Shown piece by piece: positions 56,421 through 64,000 of a stretch of DNA of 64,000 bases. The position numbers and the translations under genes are program-made. The DNA comes from Blastocladiella emersonii ATCC 22665 (lineage: Eukaryota > Fungi > Blastocladiomycota), in assembly GCA_025594325.1 (NCBI GenBank), contig JANHCV010000012.1, forward strand, positions 930,001 through 994,000, in the 5' to 3' direction. Each line of letters opens with the position of its first letter. Positions within the stretch are counted from its first letter, which is position 1. The notes beneath the pieces are model-generated. The model was not told the DNA's origin, made no database searches, and worked only from the letters and a program-made list of their open reading frames with translations.

Positions 56421-56699
56421 AAAGTGCGGGATATGAACAACGCGTCCGCGTCCAGTCCAGCCGTGAAAGGGGACCCACTTTTCCACTCCTGAAATCATTT
56501 GGAAGGCAGTTCTTATCCTCGCTCTCGCAATGACGCGCTTAAAAGTCGACAACTTTCAATTTGTTTGAGGTGTTGGCCCTCGCTTCAGCCAAGTTTGCTC
56601 AGCGTTCCAGCAACAATTAGAGTCAGGAATGTGCATGAGGAAAGATTGAGCAAAACAAAAACAACAAGGCATCATCAAGTCACGGCCGCAACCTCCAGC

Positions 56700-58431
56700 T
56701 CACGCCGTGTCCTCCAAAGCCGCGCTTAAATCAACGTCAAAGTCGGTGGCAGAGTCGTCCTGCTCCGAACCCGAATCTGAATCCAATACAGAGCTTGATT
56801 CCGTGAGATCTTCAACGAGTCCACGGTCCGGGTCTGCTTCAGCCAAGCGACGCTGCAGCCGTTCCGCGCGGCGGTATGTAGCACTGGAGTTGTAAATATC
56901 ATGAAGACCGTACCAACAAGCAAACCGGAGCATCTCCTTAGCTAGGCGCATTGACTTGTCGTCCGATCCTTTGAGGGCGTAGGAAAGCACTGCGGCAGGA
57001 TCGATGTGTGAGTAGCCGACGAAGGAGCAGCTACACGAAAAGGCGTACCGTGTGCAAAACCGCTCGTGAAGCCGTTTTGACCTAACTTGTAGACAAACAA
57101 GTTTGCAGCGCCGGTATAATTCCTGTAAGCTTCCGGGTCGTAGAGCACACAGTGGAAGTTGTTCTCGTCAAGAAGCCCAGCGTAGAAAAACTCGGCCACG
57201 AAGTCCTCGTTAGGATCGGTCCTGTTCACAAACAAGTCAAAGACCGCTGTACGGAGCAGTTCTGGGTCATCTCCATCCCAGTCAGCAAGATTGCGCTGCG
57301 CTTTGGAAAAACTGACCTTGTCGAAGTGTCTGAAAACGGTCATGAAGAGCTCGGGTGATGGGTCGGTGAGCGTGAGGCAGCGGAAGGCACAGCTTTGGGT
57401 CCTCGGATCGCTCTTGTCCCAGCCGCTTGCGGAGAGCCATGAATAAATGCGAGTCACACCCTCGTCAGTGACGGGCGCGTGCTTGAAGTAGCTGTGCTCA
57501 AAGTCACCACCCAAGCCGTTTCCGAGAAACAGAAGAAGATTGACCAGCCGGTCTCCATCCAGACCGTATCGCGGGTCCGACAAAAGCTGGAGAGAATCGG
57601 CGTTCCACGTCTTGATCGAAAAGGCCGCCCCGAACTCGAGAAGTGTCGGACACGACGAAGTATTGGCACCGTATTTGCCGCAATTCGTATCGTCACCAAA
57701 AGGCAGCTCGCAGAAGTCGAATACGAGATGACCGAGCTGCTTCCACTGGGCTGGCTGAAGTGGAGTCGATATGAGCTCGGGAACGTTGTCTTGAACCAGG
57801 TCCAAGAGTCGGCGAAGCGAGCGCAGGTCATGGACTGACGTGAGAAACACGAAAAGTGTCATAATAGCGAGGAGCGGAGATCTTGCAGTGGCGGCGCCTC
57901 GAGGTCCAGACTGGTTGAGTCGTGCAGGAGAGAATTGAGCTTGCCGTGAAAACGCGTGGCCGAGAACGGAGTTCCAAGTCCGCTGGCAGCGCGGCGTACG
58001 AGATGGGCGATGAAAGATGGCGAAATGTTGTGCGACAGGTGAGGCGGCCCGTTGCTATCTTGGCAACGGTCGTGCAAGCAAGTGAGCGCTTCCATGAGTG
58101 AACAACGAGTCTCCGAGTCGGAATCCGTAGCAACTTTGGTCGAAAAGTTGAGGTGGGAGCTATGAGCTGGGTCAGGGACCTCGCCTTCGCCGTAATCGAG
58201 ATCTTCGCTTGACGCGGATTTGGCGTCACTACTGCACCCGTCTCGTGCAGTATAAGCGGTCGTGCGGGCACCCAAGAGAGCGCGGAATCCCCAATGGATG
58301 GTGACGGGAGCATCTGAAGCGGCCTGGTACAGCGCGCGAGAGGCTGCGGGAACAACGGCGCGCGACTTGGCGAGCTGGAGGACCGCGGCGCCCATGGACG
58401 TGTGCGCGATCGCGTCAAGGCTAAGTTGCAT
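56700..58431 (-). pseudogene. Uncharacterised helical protein with a possible F-box-like start and one frame break
   Basis: ORFs 58431-57859 and 57862-57049 overlap at ATGA. Intron 57048-56990 joins to 56989-56700. VVPAASRAL resembles IPAASREL at 45191. Confidence 0.5.
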
Positions 58432-58988
58432 GGTGTCCCGCGTTTTAATTGCAAGTTTACGTGTGCATTTGAGGGGGACAAGAAGAGGAAACGGCGCCGT
58501 TGACGTGAACGCGCGCGAACTTGCGGCTGCTCACGTGCGCGGCCATGAGGTGGCGCGACGCGTCTCGCGTCCCGCGCGTGCGACGCCGCGCACCGCACGC
58601 TGCCGAGGACGATTCCAACGCCAACCTGACGCTTGCATGCCGCTTCGTTCGGTCGTTCCGAGTTGCAGAATGCGTTGTCGCGTATAGATCGGACGATGAC
58701 CGCGCGCTTTGACAGTCGAAGTTGACGGTCGTATCGCCTGGCGCCCATTTTCACTTCGCGCCGACCTGAGGAAGTGCTACGGGCGACTTGCGTCTCGACA
58801 CTGCGCGTACGATCCATCTCGCAAGCGCTGAGCTGGTCGGCGTGTTCTCCACCCCGAGGCGCGGAATGTGGGCTGCGGGACAGGCTGCGTTCAATCATGT
58901 GATGTGAATCGCAACACGTCCTGCATCCCTCCTTTGCTCTCAACCACCTTGGCCACATCAACCAACAAGTATATCCACCCACCCTCAC

Positions 58989-61988
58989 TCAATCACGCAC
59001 CTCCATCCGCTCGACCCCCGCAACTACCTGTTCCACCGCGCCGACCTGCGCCTCGATCTCGCGAATCGCTGCAAGCTGCCGCTCAAGCACCCGCGCAATC
59101 CGCATTTCCTGCTCCTCGCCGACCCTGGCCTCCGCCGCGGCCTCAGCCCGCGCGTCCGCATCTTCCAGCAGCTTCTCGCGGAACCGCACCAGCTTCACCT
59201 TCCGCTCCGCGAGCCCCGTCGCCGCGCGCGCCGCACGGAGCAGCTCGCGGTGAAACTCGCGCTCGTCGCGGGACAGCGCGTCCGGGTGGGTCGCGTCGTA
59301 GAAGAGCTGGAGGAGGGCGTCGGCGCGCTGTGTCGCGTCGTTGACCGCGCGGTCGGCCGCGTCCACCGCTTGCTGGAGCGGGCGCGGCGCGAAGGCGATG
59401 GTGCGGACGAGGTGTTCCGCGGCATCCGCCTTGGCGGCGTGCCGCGCGAGGGCCGCGTCGAGGGCGACCTTGAGCGCGGTCAGGGCGCGCGCGGCGCGCG
59501 CGAGCCGGTCGTGTTCCGCCAGGAGGTACGCGAGCTGGTCCTCGGAGACGCCGAGCGCGGGCTCGTGGAGCGCCGGGATCGAGACGACCGGGAAGGCGGT
59601 GGGCAGGTCGCTGAGCGGGAGGGACAGCGGGGTTTCGGCGAGGGCGCCGGGCGGCGCGGTGGCGGTCTCGCCGGTGGTGGCGTCGGGCTCGGCGTCGTCG
59701 TCGTCGTCGCACAGGTACACGAGCGGCGCAGCCGCCGCGTCGGTGCGCGTCAGGACGACCGTCGAGTGCGTGAGCAGCGTGTCGGCGGTCGCGACGAACC
59801 CGATGACGACGTTCTCGGCGCGCGGCGGGGCAGCAGCCGCGTCGCCGCCGAGGCGCGCAAACGACGCGCCAAACTCGTTCTTTGGGGCGACCAAAGCGGT
59901 GGCGGGCATGACGGTGGTGATGACGTGCTTGACAATCGGGGCAGCGCCGGGCCGGACCCGGACGAGATGCACGCCCTCGTTGTGCGCGACGAGGACCTGC
60001 TCGGCGGCGGCCGCGGGGACGATGGCGTCGGGGAGGAACCGCAGGTACGCCTGCGTCGGGAACTCAATCGAGTCGAGGACGAACGCCGCAACACCTTCCA
60101 CCTCCACCTCCTCGCCTTCCGCCTCGGGCGGCCCAACGACCCACACGGCGCGGTTCGACTCGACAACGAGCCCGCCCCAGCGCGGGAGCGCCGCGTCGAG
60201 GGCGAGCACGTCAACGATCCCGGCCTTCTTCTGTGTCGGGTTGCCGTTGTATGCGAGGAACAGGGCGGGCAGGGGCGTGGCGTCGTCGTCGGTGCCGGCG
60301 GGCATGGTGAGCGCGGTGCAGACATCGGTGCACGTCACGTCGAGGTGGTGCACGGCCCACGACTCGGGCGCGTCGTCGCCGTCGAGGACGAGCGGCTGCG
60401 CGAGGGCGCGGACCGAGGGGTACACGGGCGACTCGAAGACGAGCTCGATGTCGGCGTCAGTCGGCTCGATGGGGAAGTGCACGTCAACTTCGTCAACCTC
60501 CTCGTCGGCGTCGGGGAGCAGGCGGAACTCGTCGGCGATCTGCGCGTCGATATGGCCGAGGAACCGGCGCAGGGCAACGTAGCCATGACTCCCGACCGCG
60601 AAATTGGCGAGCGACGCGACCATGTGCTTGTACACGAGCAAAGACACCGCACCCGTCGCGGGGAGGACGGGGCAGACGACGCGGACGGTCCCGTCGCGCA
60701 TCGCCGCGTACACGGTGTACGGCGCCCAGACGTGCGCGGGGTCGGGCGAGGCGACGCCGAACGCAAACGCGACGGGCTGCGCGCACTGCTTCATGGGGTC
60801 GAGCGGGTTGCGCGCGGCGCGGACCTGGTCGGCATCCAGCAGGTAGTCGGTGTGGAACGGGTGCTCGACCGACTGCGCGACATCGTAGCTGCGCAGCGTG
60901 CCGTCGGCCGAGAGCACGGCCAGGTCCGAGTGCTGCTTGCTCGCCGGGTGCCACGCGGTCTGCAGGAGCGGCGCGGCGCCCAGGTCAAAGTCGGACGCGC
61001 CGAGCTCGAAGCCCTCGGCGTGCAGGACGGGCGGCGCCGTGTCGCCGTGCGAGGCGAGCCCGCCGCCGCTGCCGCTGCCCGCCGCGGACGACGGCGCGCG
61101 CGACGTGACCGAGTGCGAGTACGAGATGGATGGGCGGCTGCTGCGCGAGCCGAAGAGCGTGGACGTGGACCCGCGGTGGTGGGCCGACGCGGGCGCGTGG
61201 GACAGCTTGCCGAGCCCGTTCTTGAAGTGCACGACGAAGACGCGGCGGTGGCCGAGGACCGACAGCAGGCGGCCGTCGCCGTTGAACTGCAGCTGGATGA
61301 CTTCAAAGTCGATGGGCCCGCAGTTAAGGTCGACGCGCTATCGGGGGAGGTGTCAGCCATGGTCGCACGGCGCTGGGAACGGGCAAAGGCATACCCAGTA
61401 AGGACACCCGCGCTCGAACGCGGTCGCCACATCCATCTCGTGCGCGTCCTCGGGGATCGTGTCCGCGACGCGCTTGACGACGCGCAGGTCAACGACGCGC
61501 AGCTCGCGGTCCACGATGACGGCGAGGGCGTGCCCGTGCATCGCCAGGATGTTGCGCACGGGCGCGTCCGCGAACTCGTCTTCGTCGACGACCGCGCTGT
61601 TGTCCGTCGTCAGGTCGTCGGGCAGCAGCTTCGAAGCGCCGCCGAACACGGACGCGCGCGGGTTGAAGGAGGACGCCGAGGCGGAGAAACTCTGGCGCGT
61701 AGCCGAACTGAGCACGCTCGTGTTCCCGCCGAGGCCGGACGACAGGCCGAACGAGAAGTTGGGGTCGACGACGGAGGCTGGCGCCGCGTCGCCCGCGGGG
61801 GACGAGCCGTTGCCGCTGCCGCGGAAGATCGGATGGTGCTTGAGGTACATGTGCCACAGCGGCGCGGCGGCGGGGTGCACGGCCGATGAAGCCGCAGGCG
61901 CAGGGGCCGCGAGGGGCTCGACCGTGGACGCCGGGGCAGCGGCCGGCGCGGCGGCGGCAGGCGCGCGGAAGACGGGGAACGGATGCAT
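58989..61988 (-). CDS. NUP82: Nup82/Nup88-like nucleoporin, about 980 aa
   Basis: Beta-propeller motifs IQLQFNGDGRLLSVLG and TAWHPASKQHSDLAVLSADGTLRSYD, plus a C-terminal coiled coil. Intron 61394-61338. Confidence 0.75.
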
Positions 61989-62305
61989 GGTGGTAGAGCG
62001 GCGCGTTGCAGGCAGTGAGGGGGACGCTGGCCTGGCGCACGCTTCCGCGGTCGGCTGTCGGGCTGACGGGGCGATGTGCGACGCGACGACGACGGCGAGG
62101 GCAAAAAAAAATCTCAAGGCAACCTGTCCCCACGCGACGGGTCAGCTGACGCGGGGTGACCTCAATCCACACGAAGCGACCCCGCGCGCCCCACCCTGCC
62201 ACCGCGCTGCCGCGCCGTGCGTGCCGCCGTCGTTGCGCGGCGCTTGCCCTGATCCCGAGGTTGACCGCACGCACGCCCGTCAGTCCATTCAAAAACCCGC
62301 CAACC

Positions 62306-63267
62306 ATGAAGCGCGTATGTGTGTCGTCCGCACACCCCACCGGCCCGCCGACCAAATCCCTGACGCCTCACCCCGCGATGACCTACCCTAGTCGTACAAC
62401 AACCGCAACGAGGGCCCGACGTCGCGCGACCAGCAGTCGAAGCGTGCGAAGCCGGACGCGGCGGTTCTGGCGACGAGCCCGATGATCTTCGTGGGCCAGC
62501 TGCCGTTCACGGCGACGCAGGCGGCGCTGTCGGAGCTGTTCGGCCAGCACGGCACGGTCAAGAACCTGCGCATGGTGCGCAAGTCGCTGCGCCGCGAGGG
62601 CAAGGTCAAGCACCTGTTCACGGGCGTGTGTTTCGTGACGTACGCGAGTGCGGCCGAGGCCGATGCGGCCGCCAAGGCGCTGGCGGGCACCGAGTACGAG
62701 GGCCGCAAGCTGCGGTCCGACAAGGCGCCGCCCGGCCACGAGGCCGGCATGTCGCACAAGCCGCGCGACCCGACGGGCGCGCCCTCCAAGACGCTGTTTG
62801 TGGCCAACCTCCCCTACAACTTTGACAAGGAGGTGCTCGAGGGCATGTTCGCCAAGCAGCGCGGGTTCGAGACGGTGCGCGCCACGCCCGACTCGATCGC
62901 CAAGGGGTTCGGGTACGTGCAGTTCGAGGACGTGGACGCGGCCGTCGCTGCCGTCAAGGCCATGAACGGCACCATGTTCCGCGCCCGCCCGATCCGCCTC
63001 GACTACGCCAACTCGTCGCAGCTCGCCAACGTCAAGTCCAACGACCCCGCCAAGCAGAAGAAGGCGCTGGAGGCCGCCAAGGCCCACGCCGCCGAGAACG
63101 GCGAGGTCGTGGTTGCCGCGCCCGCCTCGAAGAAGAAGGCCGCTGCTGCCAAGGCGGCGCCCGTCCAGGTCAGCGACGACGACGACTCGGACGCGTCCGA
63201 CGACTCCGAGGAGGAGGAGGACAACTCGGAGGACTCGGATTCCGACGAGGACTCGGACGACGAGTAG
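62306..63267 (+). CDS. Two-RRM RNA-binding protein with acidic tail (nucleolar Nsr1/Gar2-like)
   Basis: Micro-exon ATGAAGCGC (62306-62314) and intron 62315-62391. RNP motifs IFVGQLP, GVCFVTY, LFVANLP and KGFGYVQF. Confidence 0.88.
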
Positions 63268-63405
63268 GTGTAGTCGGTCGGTCCCGCTGCTTAGTACTAG
63301 TTTCCCTTTTGTGTATATACACGGCACTCGCTTATAGCCCCCTCCACGACGATGACGGCGACGCAAAAACTAGTTGTGTGTATTCTCTCTCTCGCACCCA
63401 CGCCC

Positions 63406-63962
63406 TTAGACGCGCACCTTGCCGTTCTGGGCCTCCCAATCGCCAATATGCTTGTTGGTGCGGTCGACCATCTGCTGCACCGTGAGGTTCTTGCCGTACG
63501 CGTCAACAAACTGGCCCGCGGGGTCCATGAGGTACATGAAGATGGAGTGGTCGACGAGGTAATCGTCGTCGCACTCCTCCTCGGGCGGCGGCGACGAGAA
63601 GTAGACGCGGTACTGCTTGGCGGTCGCCTTGACCTGCGGGTAGGTCCCCGTGAGCCCGCGCAACCGCGGGTGGAACTCCTTGACGTACTCGCGCACCGCC
63701 GCCACATCGTCGCGCTTCGGGTCGACCGAGATGAACACCGGCACCACCTTGAGCTGGTCGTTGGGGGCGAGGGAGTCGAGCGCCTCGGCCATCTTCTCGA
63801 GCTCCTCGGGGCAAATGTCGGGGCAGTTGGTGAACCCAAAGTACACGAGCATGAACTTGCCGCGGAACGCCGCGTCCGTGATCGGCGCGCCCTGCTCGTC
63901 CGCCAGCGTGAACGGGCCGCCCAGCTTCGGCTTGCCGACGGACTGGTCCGCGTCGCGCGCGG
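63406..63962 (-). CDS. SCO1: SCO1/SenC copper chaperone for cytochrome c oxidase (last exon; 5' part outside the window)
   Basis: LGGPFTL, YFGFTNCPDICPEEL (CxxxC), and YLVDHSIFMYLMDP. Confidence 0.95.
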
Positions 63963-64000
63963 CTACACTTACCGGAGTCAGCCGGTGTCGCGGGTACGAG

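Noticed and set aside
3376-57862. ATGA stop/start overlaps (3376-3379; 57859-57862) resembling bacterial translational coupling
   Set aside because: The context is eukaryotic with introns. Paralogs encode the same parts as one spliced gene, so these are frame breaks in damaged genes.
59250-61889. Long antisense ORFs (879 aa here; also 11818-13638, 30285-31595, 42042-43640, 51693-53090)
   Set aside because: These are shadow frames of GC-rich, strongly codon-biased genes on the other strand, with no recognisable domains.

Overview
This is eukaryotic, GC-rich DNA with short introns (57-77 nt; mostly GTAYG/GTGCG/GTCCG donors and YAG acceptors). It most likely comes from a zoosporic fungus such as a Blastocladiomycota species. 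That call is an inference from a CatSper1-like channel, a Crh/Utr2-type GH16, a class C GPCR and the accessory protein families. Conserved genes: class C GPCR, S8 subtilase, FHA protein, CLC transporter, GH16, ACBP-domain protein, UBX protein, CatSper1-like channel, UBE2O-like E2, MFS/MCT transporter, Nup82/88-like protein, 2-RRM protein and SCO1 (partial). Interleaved with these are three repeated accessory families, many copies carrying stops or frameshifts: (i) F-box-like + ankyrin-like + LRR genes with a conserved phase-0 intron (6 loci plus an orphan N-module); (ii) ankyrin-like helical proteins with a near-invariant core (3 copies plus a remnant); (iii) DUF4470-like proteins (2 copies plus a remnant). 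A complete 2,439-bp PIF/Harbinger transposon (15-bp perfect TIRs, TAA target duplication) splits one ankyrin-like gene, and removing it restores the reading frame exactly. The most unusual non-coding signal is a fixed-spacing bipartite motif, CACGTG-N7-RACGCGTCTC (E-box plus MCB-like), found five times exactly. Three of these lie 86-126 bp upstream of accessory genes. A second motif, GCGTTGCGCCAC(A/T)CACGTG, also recurs. All exon structures were derived by hand from the sequence and have no transcript support.
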